Assembly: GCA_047967505.1 (NCBI GenBank)
Contig: CM106538.1
DNA from: Dipteris shenzhenensis
Lineage: Eukaryota
Length of the DNA: 64,000 bases
Strand: one strand, 5' to 3'
Shown: positions 25,896-39,164 of the stretch, piece after piece
Position numbering within the stretch: position 1 is the first letter of the stretch
Layout: every line of letters starts with the position of its first letter
The notes under the pieces: generated by a model
Database searches by the model: none
Told to the model about the DNA's origin: nothing
Seen by the model: the letters and a program-made list of their open reading frames with translations, nothing else
Made by a program: the position numbers and the translations under genes

Positions 25896-26259
25896 GCTGA
25901 ATGGTATCCTTATACTAGCATTCCTTGTCGGTCTTCATGGGATAGTTTGCCTCATGTTCCTCAGTCTCCTTAAAGAGCTAATCATGGCCGTTTTTATAAA
26001 TCTGGATGGATTGCACTAGTCTGTGATGTTCTTGATAGCTAGTCCTTTAGACTAGGAAGTGTTTACACTGCCCAGATGTCTCCTTTCCCAATTTTGTGAC
26101 CCCTTTGCATTTGTCCAAATAGCCTTAAATGTAGATATAGCTAAAGGAGGGTTGACATTTTTTATGGGATTCTGTTATTCCAGATTCTACCAAATTTGGC
26201 CTTCAAGCCCAAAAGGCTATCCCCAAGGGGTCAATGTTTGCTTGGGTGTAGCCAATCGT

Positions 26260-28200
26260 GGAACTATTTTCGGGGCCATTTTGAGGCCACGATGCGATAC
26301 GCTCTTGGTTGAGATTTTGAATAGCATTTGCTGTAGCTTTGCCACCTATCACCGAGCATCGTGCGACCTAAGTAATAAAAATTCAAGGTTGGCTAGGAGC
26401 GACCACCACGCTGGTTCTTGGAGTTACCTATTTTTACTTATTATAAAAGGAGATTTATGACAAGCACCACGCTGGCAAACTGAAGGACATCTATGACAAC
26501 CATCGTGCTGGTTTTTGGTGTTATATATTAGTGCACCAAGGAAAATGTATTTTTTCGTGCAACCAAGGAAAATGCAACTGTTGATATGGCCCTTGAGGGG
26601 TCCCCTCTAAGGGCGAGGGCCATATCGACATGCCATATTTGTCGTGACAAATATGGCATGTCGATAAGGGCGAGGACAAATATGGCATGTCGATATGGCC
26701 CTCGCCCTTAGAGGGGACCCCTCAAGGGCCATATCGTCAATTACATTTTTTTAAAGTTTAATTGTATTTTTCTAGATTTATCTCCATGCAACCACCGCAG
26801 TCATTATTGGAGCTATTTTGACGCTATTTTGGTCCTAAACCAAGAAAAATATAGTCCTACTTTTATTTAGTCCTTGTTATAATAAATCCTAAATGAGGGC
26901 AAAATTATTTCGAGCCATCGCGGTGACTAGAGGCCCTGTGGTGCCATTTAGATAATCATTCAAGCCGAAATTTGAGACACCACGGTGACTAGAGGTTTGG
27001 TGGTGCCATCTAAATAATGAACTATAATTCATTGAGTAAAAATTGAGCAAAAGAGACCACATCTACATCCAATAACAATTTATATAAAAATTAACAACAA
27101 TCTATATTGAGAGCTTGATGGAGCAAAAATTTAGCAAAGGATCTTACATTCATAAAACAGTTTATACTGAGAGCCTCAGGGAGAAAAAATTGAACAAAAG
27201 AGATTACATTTGCAAAAACTTAGCTCTTCCTGAGAGCCTTAAAGGCCAAAAGATTACATCCAACGACCCAAAAGATCGCTGAGAGCCTTAGAGGCCAAAA
27301 GATTACATCCAGCCATTGCTGAGTGGTTGTGAGTCTCATTGAGGAAGAGGATATTTGTACAACTTAGTATTTTCGATTGCTAATAGAAAGAGGATATCTG
27401 TATAGCTTAGTATTACCGATTGCAGATACTCATAGAGGCCATCCCAACTTGCTGCATTCGAATTTTTTGGGAAGCCAACGGAGGAGACGATGGAGAGGCT
27501 GAAGACCATGTACATTGCACAAATGTAGGACTCAGAATATGCCCCCCTAACAAGACAAGAGAACTTTCATGTGAAAATCCGTAGCCCTTTGTCAACGTCT
27601 CCAAGGAATTCATAGAGCATAGCCATATAGAGGCCAAAGGTATGCATGCCATTCAAGGTGGTGACATATAGATATCGGGAGAATCGATCGAGGGAATGAA
27701 AAGATTCCACAAGAGCAAGCATTTCAAGTCCTAACAAGTGCAAGACAACGACCTTATATGAAAAGGAAGACTAGATTGGGATCTCGTTGCATCAAGGGGT
27801 GATAGTAGTAATAGGTATGGTGAAAAGAGTAGGTGAGCAGTGGAGCGGATGAGCAAGGGAGCAGATGAGTGGATGAGAGTTAGAGGAGGGAGCATGGAGG
27901 AAAGTAGAGCAAGGGTGGAAAAGAGCTGGAGGAGCATGCATGGAGCAAAGGAGAAAAGCAAGGGCTTATGAGATCAAAGTAGCCAAATGCCAAATGCCAT
28001 GGACCTTATATTAATCAAACTTTGAGCCACTGCGATGACTAGAGACCCGGAGGAAATGAGATGAGCATGCTACCTAGTGTACCATCCAAATAATCATGAG
28101 CCATTTTAAATCACCACCTTAATTAATCAAAATCCGAGGAGCTCGCTGTCCCATGGTGCCATCCAAATAATCATGAGCCATTTTAATTGTAGGCCATGGC
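26260..28200. repeat. Dispersed short motif repeats typical of a DNA-transposon subterminal/non-coding region
   Basis: Repeated caccacgctgg, gagcca..gcg.tgactagag, gtgccat...ataat and gagagcct...aaaagattacat motifs. Confidence 0.5.
26583..26735. repeat. Perfect 61-bp inverted repeat with nested palindromes
   Basis: 26583-26643 is the exact reverse complement of 26675-26735. The 31-bp spacer contains a third copy of gacaaatatggcatgtcgata (26646-26666). Confidence 0.95.
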
Positions 28201-29459
28201 AGTGGGTGGTAATTAATTGCAAGCCCAATGGAATCTTAGGCACCACCCCGTAGATGCCACCTTGCAGTGAGGAAGGAATCAAGAAGCAACTTCTTCATGT
28301 ATAGAGTTAGACTGTGGTACTGACGTCCACAATATTAAAACGAATGCCTATCATGCTATGCAACAGGGTTCAAAATACTCTATTTGCAAGATCCACATCA
28401 TAGATGACTGCATGCTCTGATTACCACCCTATGCATGTTTTTTGCTTTGGGATGTTTGTGGATGCAAGCTCAGCATGTAGAGTAGGTGCCACTAGCTAGG
28501 TCATGGAGAGATCAAATGTGCCTGCCTGCTACAGCTATCAGAAGCAATAAAGTAGATGCTAGAGCTCAATTTTCCATTTTGGGCAAAAATCGCAAAGGAC
28601 AAGGAGCTTGAATTGAAGAAGCCCAAGCTCGAGCCTATAGCTGCAAAGAAAAGGAGGCTAAAGGGAGGAACCAAACCCCAGAAAAGGAGCAAGAAGGACC
28701 GAGCTTGCAACCAAGGAGCTCAAAGTAGGAAAGAGGAAGCAACATAAAGGGAGGGGCTGGGCCCCTAAGGGGAGGCACTAGCCCCCTTCAAGAAAGGAGC
28801 AAGGATGTCCGAGATTGCAATAAGGAAGCTCAAAAAGGTGACCTAGACAAAGCAATGTGTAACCAGACCCCTGAAGGAAAGGAGTCTTTGAGATGTAATC
28901 TATTGAATTATAAATGTTCTCCAAAGTTTACTTGGGCAATGCATCTATTTTAGGATAGCACTTTGTAGCAATGCGATTCGTTTTAATATAGCATTGGTTA
29001 GTTGCAGCTTGGAGGTTGGTTGCACATTAGGATTACAAGATGAATGACATACAATTCATTCATTTAGGATTTGTGTTCACTAGTCCAATGGCTAAAATCT
29101 GACAATAGATAAAGCGAACTAACCTAAAGGGGACTGTTTTAGTATAGCACTTTGCAACAATACAATTTGTTTTAGGATAGCATGATGGTAGTGTAGAATA
29201 ATTGGTCTCGCTAGCATGTGGTTGGTTGCACAACACTAGGATATTAACCGCCACCAGCATGGTGATTTGCTTTTATTATTACAAGGTGAATGGCATACAA
29301 TTCATTCATTTAGGATTTAGTTATGGGATTTACTAAAACAAGCACAGTGGTTGTTTGGGATATACTAAAAACAAGCGTGGGATTTATTGTTTGGGATTTA
29401 CAAAAATAATTATAAAATAAGAACGGTGATTGTTTGGGATTTACTAAAGAAGCGTAGTC

Positions 29460-30900
29460 TCAAATACATTTTTCATTTTCCAAGATAAGTGGAATATTGT
29501 TTCCTTGCAATGAGACTACATTTTCTTATAGTACTATCTTAGTCTTTGTCGTCCACTACTTTGAGACACCCCATGATGTGCTCATGCATGTCTAAATCCA
29601 ATTTAAAGACACTCTTGCCCTTCTTTCTATGTGGCACAGGTTGCATCTGGAACTTAATAGCTCTTACTAGATGAGTGTACACAAAAGTTTTAGGACTCTT
29701 ATGTAACAAAACATAATTGTGGTCTCTCTTGGATGTTTTTTTGTACCAAAAAGCTCCAACTACTACATCCCACTCCTTGTAGGTTGTTCCTTAATGACCC
29801 TTGAATGCTTCCTCAACCTTGTACTTAGGTCTTGTGCACTGCAACACAAAGTATGGGTCGTCTTCCTCATTCTCCCCTGAGGCAATGACAACTACAAAGT
29901 TATCTCCCTCTTCCACGTAGTCAATGAGGTCATCAAAACTCTCCCCAAACTGTGATGAGTCATTGTTTGTCTCTCCATCATTTGTCACTCCATCTGAATG
30001 TAGAGGGAAAACTTGAACTCGCTCCCATGTCTTTGCACTTGCAATGTTCTCACAATTGTCATGATCCCCTATGATGCACGCACTGCAAAAGCAAGAAAGT
30101 TTTCTTTATTTTAATTTAGGTGGTTGTTTGAAAATCCCCATATGCTGTGCAAACTACGAACTCCTTTAATTTTCTCACAATTGTGTTGGCTTCTTCTTTA
30201 CACTTCATTCACTTTCGGCATGGAACACTCTGCGCACTACACTATTCTTAAGGCTTTGTTTATTGGGAGAGGTTGGTTGTAAGCCATGTTACAACATCAT
30301 GGGCATCGTTGATATTTTCTTGAGGGATTACTTGGTGTTTAATAGAGCTCGCTTAATAAAAACACCACATTCAGTTTGGTAGAACGCGGGTCTCCAAAAC
30401 ATGCTCTGGTTCTTATATGATGTCACTCATTTGCAAGTGATTTGTTGGGAATTTTCATCTACTCTTGTTCCAAATGCAACTGGAGGGATCTAGTTATCAA
30501 CTCCCCTGAGAAGGATTTCAAGTCCCCTGAGAAGGATTTTCACCCTTGCCATGACTAGACCCAAAGAAATTCCACATCATGTTTAGACTAGTCAAGGATT
30601 TGAACCTTGAGACAAAGTAGAATCGATGAGCTGATTCAAATTGAGAAGTAGCACCATCTGACCACACCCAATGTTGTATTATGTTTTTTGCATGGGGATC
30701 TTTATTTTTCAGCCATTCCCAATGCAGTAGAAATACATGCTGCACAAATAAGGTGTCATGTTTCCTATCATTCGAAATGTAGAAATGGTATGTGGCATTG
30801 ACCTCGACTTTGGTACTAGCCTGGACTCCTATAGTCAGCAAGTAGATTGGCATCACTCATAGAAGAATTAAGCAAATGATTGTACATGATATGCACAAGA
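29460..30900 (-). mobile_element. Degenerate DNA-transposon transposase (second Sola-like type, HGKG motif)
   Basis: YHFYISNDRKHDTLFVQH, HWVWSDGATSQF, WNFFGSSHGKGE, (G)VFIKRAL, IKGVRSL and LSCFCSAC....C.N in order, with stops and a ~150-bp interruption after HGKGE. Confidence 0.65.
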
Positions 30901-30980
30901 ATTGTTATCTCCTTGTTGTATCAAGGAGCACTTTGTATCTCATCTTGTTTTTGAAATGAATAATTTGTACCTCGCCAGAG

Positions 30981-33900
30981 ATGGAGACATAATTTCCTCT
31001 CCCAATTCTCAATCCATTAACTATGCAAATGGAGGTCCCAAGACAATAGCAAATACAAGTGGAGGGACCAGGACATCAAACAATAGAGGAGAAGCTGAAG
31101 GTCATGCATCAAAAGACCCACGACAATATCAATAGGAGAATCAACAGTGAGGAGAAGCCACCTCCTAGAGGTAAAGTGGTTGCTTTTCTTGATGAAGATA
31201 GATTAGAGCAATCCATAGAATGGCTGGAATCTCATGCTCTAATAGGATATTTTCCCAGTCCTAGACCTCCAGCTGCCTTTCTTGAGGGGTGGCTTAGAAA
31301 CAATTGGATAAGAAAAGGGTTGGTGGTCACCACTGTTAGATTCTTAAGAAAAGGGTTCTTCTTTTTCCTTTTTGGCCTAGAAGGATCTTCAACATGCTCT
31401 TTGGACCATAAAGCATCAAACTCTCTATTTAGAGTTTTGGTCTAAGGACTTTAAACCTGAAGTCTAGATCCACCTTTGTCCCTGTTTGGGTAGAGCTACC
31501 TAACCTTCCTTTCTCTTTAGTGAATCAAGCCCCTAGCCTTTGCAGAAGCCTAGGACAAGTTATAGATGTAAAGAAGGATTAATTCATCAATCCTAGAGGT
31601 CACCCCCAGGTATGTGTTAGGTTAAATATTGTTGAGGAGCTCCCAGAGACACTGGTGATAGTCAATAGAAATGGGAGTGTCTATATAGAGCAGCCTCTGG
31701 TTTACAAGAACCTTCCTAATTCATGCTTTTTGTGTGGATTGTCATCTCACATAGTTAAAAGTTGCCCTCTAAGGAGGAACAGACCCAAACAAATCCAAGA
31801 ACTAGCTCAACAATAGGCCAGTCCCCCTCCCAAGCCCAAGTAGATTGTCAAAGGTAGACCAAAGAATCAGACTTTGGAGAAAAATACAGAAACAGAGGCA
31901 GATAAGGGTAAAGTCAAGGAGGCAGAAGAATAGAGGAAGCCTAATATTCAATAAGAGAAGGAGAGAGTTACTTTTCCACTGGCCACCAACAATGATTTTG
32001 ATGCACTCATTGACTAGGAAACAAAGAAATGGATATAGGATGCCCAAATGGAAGAGGCTGAAATCAAACCTAGCTAGTCCATTGAGTTTGAGGAGGATGT
32101 TAATCAAGTAGATGCCAACATGAGTGAATTAGATGTGGGAGAATCAGAGGAAGAACTCCCTCTGGCACAAAAATAGGATAAGACTGCTGAAGCCCCTGTC
32201 AAACCTCAAGCCACTACCTTGAACAAGAGAAGGATCTCTCAAGTCAAAGGCTAGAGTGCCCCACCCAAAAGCCCATCCCCCAAGGCTAAAAAGGGGAAGA
32301 GTAAGAATGGTAAATAAACCATTCACTTTTCTCACACTCAATGTATATGGGTTAATTGACCCTTGGAGGAGTTAGGAACTAGCCAAGTGGCTGAGGGATA
32401 GCTCTTTGTCCCCAACCTTTCTTGTTTTACAAGAGGTTAAAGTAATAAATGACACTCTAGAAAATAGACTAAAAAATGTTGACAATAGAAGAATATGGTA
32501 TTTTACAAATCATGAGGAAGGTAGAAAGGGCACTGCAATTGGGATACTTTCACACTACAAGGATTGTGTCATCAAGTGTATGCAGGAATTAAATCATAGA
32601 TTGCTGGCTCTAGAATGCAAAATGAAAAGATTTTCTTTCACAGATGTGTAAGTATATGCCCCAACAGGATCCATGGAAAAGAGAGCCACATGGAACTCAA
32701 TGTTGAGTTTGGGGAGTGACTGTGTCATTATGGGGGATTTCAATATGGTGGAGAATTCTAAAGACAGATGGATGCAAAAGGGATCAGTAATTAGGGGGGC
32801 TAAACAACAAATCTGGGAAGATCTCAAGGAAAGCTTGCAAGTTGTTGACATTGGCACACCTAGTATTTACACATGGAGCAACAAGCAGGTAGGCAATTTG
32901 AGGAGAGAAGCTAGATTGGACAGAGTGTATATTGCCTAAGATCAGGCTCTAGAAGTCAAGCAATCAACCTTTTCCTCTCTCACCTTGTCAGATCACAAGC
33001 GTGTGTTAGCTTGTATTGATTTGGGGAGTGGGAAGAAAGGAAATTCATGGTTTAAAGCTGACCCTTGTTCAAGTTGGAGACAGTAGTCCAAAAATAGATT
33101 ATAGAAAAATGGAATTTTTCTTTTTCAGCAGCAAATTCATTTTCATAGGGTTGGAAAGATGCTGTAGAAAGTGTCCAGACAATTCTAAAGGAAGCAAAAA
33201 AAAACAAAGTTGCTATCAAAGCAAGGAGAATGGACAAACTGAAGAAAGAGATTGAAATACTGGAACAAAAAGCAAGGATGAATGATTTCAATGCCCAGCA
33301 ACAATTACTGGATAAAAGAAAATAAATATGGATACAGGAGAAGATACCAAGAGGAAATTCCTTTGTTGCAAAAGGAAGATGGTGAAGTGGCTAAAATAGA
33401 AGCAGAAAATGTGGACACCATTGTTAGTCACTTCAAAAATCTTTTGAGTACAGTGGACATAGCAGATAACAAGGTCTTGGAGGCTAGAGATAGGTGTCAG
33501 TCAGTCAGAGGTGTCAATCAATCAAACAAATCAAAGTGTCTAGCCTAGACAAAAATCATATAGAAAATGATCTCTCTCTATAGGAACTTAAAGAGGCTGC
33601 CTTTTCAATGGTTGATGGAAAAATACGTGGAGAAGATGGACTTCTTGTAGAATTCTACAAGTTTTTCTGGGACACTATCGGACCTTCTTTATTGGCTATT
33701 TGGAGAGAGAGTGCTAATCAAGGCTTTCTTCCAAATCACTTAAATGGAGGGGTAATAAATCTTATCCCAAAAGAAGGGGACAGGTCAGTTCTAAAAAATT
33801 AGAGACCCCTCACCATGTTAAATTGTTCATACAAGATTTATGCCAAAGCCATTTCTCTGAGATTGAGATGTATAATGGACAATTGGATTCTGAAGGAATA

Positions 33901-34095
33901 GAAAGGATTCATAAAGAACAAACATCTTTTAGAGGCAATTATCAACCTATGGGAAGGCTGCACACATGCTGAAGAAAGCAAGCAAGAGATCTGTTTAATA
34001 AAAATAGACTTTGATAAGGCATATGACAGACTTAATTGAGATTTTCTACTGTAGTCCCTTAACAGTTTGGGACTGGGAACCAATTTCACCTCTTA
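30981..34095 (+). mobile_element. L1-like non-LTR retrotransposon (LINE), degenerate and 3'-truncated
   Basis: ORF1 has a DUF4283-like region (ALIGYF...W...KGFFFF), PVWVELPNLP and knuckle CFLCGLSSHIVKSC. ORF2 from ATG 32307 has APE endonuclease motifs (TLNVYGL, LQEVK, MGDFN, RLDRVY, SDH) and RT motifs (G.DGL.VEFYK.FW, LIPK, RPLTMLN.SYKI, IDFDKAYDR). Confidence 0.9.
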
Positions 34096-34099
34096 TGTA

Positions 34100-35258
34100 G
34101 CTCAAAAGTATTATGCACAATTCCAGACATCCATTCCTGTTCATGAGGCAGATTGAGATTAGGAGGATCTCCTCAAAGCAATGCAGATAGTGGTATGCAA
34201 GTATCACGAAAAGGAAAAGAGGAAGTAGATCAGCCCATGATTGATGTGAATGCAGGTCACTCTTATGTGGATGGTGAATCCAGTGGCTCAGAACAGAGCC
34301 TTGATGATGAGTTGGGTATTCCTTCTGTTGTTACACCTGGAGTAAGAAAGACAAGGGATATTTTGAGAGCACCTGGTAGTGAGCTTATTTTGCGCAGCTC
34401 TACGAGAGCTAGGTATCCTATGGATAGGCTAAAATATGATGGATTTATAGCCATTCACTATGCCTATATGGTCAAAATGATACATGAACCAGAACCCACT
34501 TCTTTTGAGCAAGCCATGGGAAAAGAAAAATGGGAGAAAGCCATGGATGAAGAAATGGATGCCTTGGAAGCAAATGCTACATGGGAATTGGTGCCTTTGC
34601 CTAAAGACAAGAATGCAATTGGCTACAAGTGGGTTTATAAGGTGAAGCACAATGCAGATGGTTCTGTGAATAGATACAAGGCAAGATTAGTTATCAAGGG
34701 ATATGTATAGACATATGGCATTGATTATGAAGAAACATTTAGTCTGGTTGTAAGGATGGCAACCGTAAGAGCAGTCATTGCTATGGCTACATCAAAGGGA
34801 TGTTCTTTACATCAGATGGATGTAAAGAATGCTTTCTTGAATGGTGATTTGCAAGAAGAGGTCTATATGGAGCAGCCACCAGGTTATGTTCATGCTGTTC
34901 ATCCTAAGTTTGTTTGCAGGTTGAAGAAAGCCTCGTATGGCTTGAAGCAAGTAACCAGAGCATGGTCTGGCAAGATAGGATAGTATCTTGTCACTATGGG
35001 CTTTCAAATTTTCAAGGCAGATTTCTCACTTTATGTGAGAAAAACAGAGAAAAGCATTATGCTACTTGTCATTTATGTTGATGATTTGATCATCACAAGT
35101 GATAGTGATGAAGACTCGATGAAGATATCCTTCATGTGAAAATGCTATTGAAGCAAAAATTTGAGATGAAGGATTTGGTAGAGTTGTGTTACTTCTTGGG
35201 CATCGAGGTGATTAGATCCACAAGTGGGATATGGCTCTTGCAGAGGCAGTATGGATTG
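34100..35258 (+). mobile_element. Ty1/copia family 2, outer element, left part (INT-RT linker and RT N-half)
   Basis: [37 protein letters not shown]. Breaks at ...gcagtatggattg. Confidence 0.9.
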
Positions 35259-37577
35259 CTTATCCATTGTTGTCCGTGAAAAATTTCTTAATTTTGGGGA
35301 GTTGATTGCTCTTCTAATTTTTGAAGAGCAGAGAAATGGTGGTGCATCTTCTTCAAGAGGAACTTCAAAAGAAATTGTCTTCTACTCAAATGCTGGAAGA
35401 GGTAGAGCCAGAGGTAGAGCAGGCCGATGTATGTGAATGCAGTCACTCTTATGTGGATGGTGAATCTAGTGGCTCAGAATAGAGCCTTGATGATGATTTG
35501 GGTATTCCTTCTATTATTACACCTGGAGTAAGGAAAACAAGGGATGTTTTGAGAGCACCTCATAGTGAGCCTATTTTGCACAGGTCTACCAGAGTTAAGT
35601 ATCCAGTGGATAGGCTGAAATATGATGGATTTACAACCATTCACTATGCCTATATGGTCAAAGTGATACATGAACCAGAACCCACTTCTTTTGAGCAAGC
35701 CATGGAAAAAGAAAAATGGGAGAAAGCCATGGATGAAGAAATGGATGCCTTGGAAGCAAATGCTTTATGGGAATTGGTGCCTTTGCCTAAAGACAAGCAT
35801 GCAATTGGCTACAAGTGGGTTTATAAGGTGAAGCACAATACAAATGGTTCTGTGAACAGATACAAGGCAAGATTAGTTGTCAAGGGGTATGCACAAACAT
35901 ATGGCATTGATTATGAAGAAACATTCAGTTCGGTTGCAAGGATGGAAACCGTAAGAGCAATCATTGCTATGGCTACATCAAAGGGATGGTCTTTACATCA
36001 AATGGATGTAAAGAATGCTTTCTTGCATGGTGATTTGCAAGAAGAGGTCTATATGGAGCAGCCACCAGGTTATATGCATGTTGTTCATCCTAAGTTTGTT
36101 TGCAGGTTGAAGAAAGCCTTGTATGGCTTTAAGAAAGCACCCAGTGCATGGTCTGACAAGATAGGACAGTATCTTGTCACTATTGGCTTTTAGATTTCCA
36201 AGGCAGATTTCTCACTTTATGTGAGAAAAACAGAGAAAGGCATTATGCTGCTTGTCATTTATGTTAATGATTTGATCATCACAGGTGATAGTGATGAAGA
36301 TATCCTTCATGTGAAAATGCTATTGAAGCAGAAGTTTGAGATGAAGGATTTGGGAGAGCTACGTTATTTCTTGGGCATTGAGGTGATTAGATCCACAAGT
36401 GGGATATGGCTCTTACAGAGGCAGTATGGATTGGACATGTTGTCCAAATATGGGATGACAAGGTGTAAGCCTATTTAAGTTCCTTTGGAGTAGAATGTGA
36501 AGTTGAGCGTAGATGCAAGTGAGCTTCTGGAAGACCCTACTATGTACAGACGCATGGTAGGAAGTTTGATTTATATGACTATTACCAGGCCAGATTTGAG
36601 CTATGCTATTGGGTTGGTAAGTCAGTTTGTGCAGGCTCCAAGGAAACCGCATTTGGATGTGGCTAGATGCATACTGAGGTATGTGAAGTCCACATTGCAG
36701 TATGGACTATTTTATGAGACTAGGGTTTAGATACAATTGCATGGATACACTGATGCTAATTGGGCTGGTAGTATTTCTGATAGACGATCTACCAGTGGAT
36801 ATGTGTTCTCTTTTGGGAGTGCTGCAGTCACTTAGAGCAGCAAAAAATAGCCTATAGTTGCCTTGTTGAGCACAGAGGTTAAGTACAGGGGTGCAGCAAT
36901 GGTTGCATGTGAGGTACCTTGGTTGCATAAGCTACTTTATGATATGCATCAGTCTACAGATGGGCCAGTTATCATTTAATGTGACAAAATGAGCAATATA
37001 TACTTGGCAAATAACCCAGTCTATCATGCTAGAACAAAGCACATTGAGATGCATTATCGCTATGTGCAGGAGAAGGTTCTAGTAGGTTTTATTGATCTAG
37101 TTTATGTCAGCACAGAGGATCAGGTAGTTGACATATTCACGAAGGCATTGGGCACAGAGAAGTTGTGCAAGTTCAGAGACCTGCTTGGTGTGCAGGAATT
37201 GGGATTGAGCTCGAGGGGGAGTGTTGAGATATCGAGCTTTGTTTGTGATATGCCAAGGTGACCGTTGTGCATTTATGTCACGAACTTGTTAGGTGCAGAT
37301 GCAATTGGTACGACGCCCATGAATAATAGTTGGATGACAGCTATCTTTATGTACTCTAGTTAGTGGCTCAGTTAGTATGCCACCTAGGTTAGCTGAGCTT
37401 GGTTTGAGACCCACATATAGGGTTCACCTATTCCTTTTATACTAAGAGAGTTCTTTTGGCTTTCACAACTAAGAAGAGGAAAACTGTTTTCAGCCTCCAC
37501 CTTTGTGTGTATTTCCCCATTGTGTATGTGAGAAAGCTGCAAGTGAGACTCCTTACTTCTCTCCCACTCTCTTCACA
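35259..37577 (+). mobile_element. Ty1/copia family 2, inner (nested) element: gag fragment, RT, RNase H, PPT and 3' LTR 37222-37577
   Basis: gag-like FGELIALLIFEEQR fused to the INT-RT linker. RT and RNase H (GYTDANWAG, HARTKHIE). PPT gagggggag, then a 356-bp TG...CA LTR. Confidence 0.9.
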
Positions 37578-37590
37578 TACTCTCTTCACA

Positions 37591-38736
37591 TGGACATGCT
37601 ATCCAAATATGGGATGACAGGTTGTAAGCCTATTTCAGTTCCTTTGGAGTATAATGTGAAGTTGAGCGCAGATGCAAGTGAGCTTTTGGAAGACCCTACT
37701 ATGTACAGATGCATAGTAGGAAGTTTGATTTATTTGAATATTACCAGACCAGATTTGAGCTATGCTATTGGGTTGGTAAGTCAGTTTATGCAGGCTCTAA
37801 GAAAACTGCATTTGGATGCGACTAGACGCATATTGAGCTATGTGAAGTCCACATTGCAGTATGGACTATTTTATGAGACTGGGGTTCAGATACAGTTGCA
37901 TGGATACACTGATGCTGATTGGGCTGGTAGTATTTCTGATAGACGATCTACCAGTGGATATGTGTTCTCTTTTGGGAGTGCTGCAGTCACTTGGAGCAGC
38001 AAGAAATAGCCTATAGTTGCCTTATCGAGCACAGAGGCTGAGTACAGGGGTACAGCAATGGCTGTATGTGAGGTAGCTTGGTTGCATGAGCTACTTTATG
38101 ATATGCATCAGTCTACAGATGGGCCAGCTGTCATTTATTATGACAACATGAGCAGTATACACTTGGCAAATAACCCAGTCTATCATGCTAGAACAAAGCA
38201 CATTGAGATGCATTATCACTATGTGCAGAAAAAGGTTCTAGTAGGTTTTATTGATCTAGTTTATGTCAGCATAGAGGATCAGGTAGCTGACATATTCACG
38301 AAGGCATTGGGCACAGAGAAGCTACGCAAGTTTAGAGACCTGCTTGGTGTGCAGGAATTGGGATTGAGCTCAAGGGGGGGTGTTGATATATCGAGCTCCA
38401 CTCGTGATATGCCAGGGTGACCGTTGTGCATTTATGTCACCGACTTATTAGCTGCGGATGCGGTTGGTACACTATCCATGACTAATAGCTAGATGACACT
38501 TATCTTTATGTACTATAGTCAGTGGCTTAGTTAGTATGCCACCTAGGTTAGCTAAGTTTGGTTTGAGACCCACATATTGGGTTCACCTATTCTTTTTGTA
38601 CTTAGAGAGTTCTTTTGGCTTTCACAACTAAGAAGAGGAAAACTGTTTTCAGCCTCCACCTTTGTGTGTATTCCCCCATTGTCTATGTGAGAAAGCTGTA
38701 AGTGAGACTCCTTACTTCTCTCCCACTCTCTTCATA
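37591..38736 (+). mobile_element. Ty1/copia family 2, outer element, right part (RT end, RNase H, PPT, 3' LTR 38381-38736)
   Basis: Resumes at tggacatg, where the left part stopped. GYTDADWAG, HARTKHIE, QVADIFTK. PPT aaggggggg and a 356-bp LTR homologous to 37222-37577. Confidence 0.9.
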
Positions 38737-39164
38737 GTGGGCATATCATTCGTAGTGTCTTTTGTGGTGCTCAACATGGAAGCCGCAACACCAGAGTATA
38801 GCATCCTTTGGGTAGGCCTTGGTTGCAGCAAGTGAAAGTCAAGCAAAATTGGGAGCAAAATGTCATTTTAGTGTGGAGGGAAAGAAGAAAGTGCGGGTCA
38901 CAATGGGAGTCGTAGCAGCATTGGTGGATGCGGTCAGACGCATGTTGGCCAAGATGGTGAACATGATGGATGGATTGGAGGATGATGAGGAGGAAGCCTT
39001 TCTCAAGGCAAATCTGGAGTTGGTTCCTATCTTCACCATTGATGTGGAAGGCATTACAGATAGCTACATGCATCACAGTTGTCTGGCAGACACGGTCAGC
39101 CGTGTCTCGTCGGAGGAGTCCGAGCCATTCCCCATCTCTAATGAGGCGCAGATTTCCTAGGTTG

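Noticed and set aside
24700-26260. Possible minus-strand LINE 3' fragments
   Set aside because: Only vague similarity, with no diagnostic motif that I can support.
26900-27320. CRISPR-like repeat-spacer pattern
   Set aside because: Repeats are variable and unevenly spaced, which fits TE subterminal repeats better.
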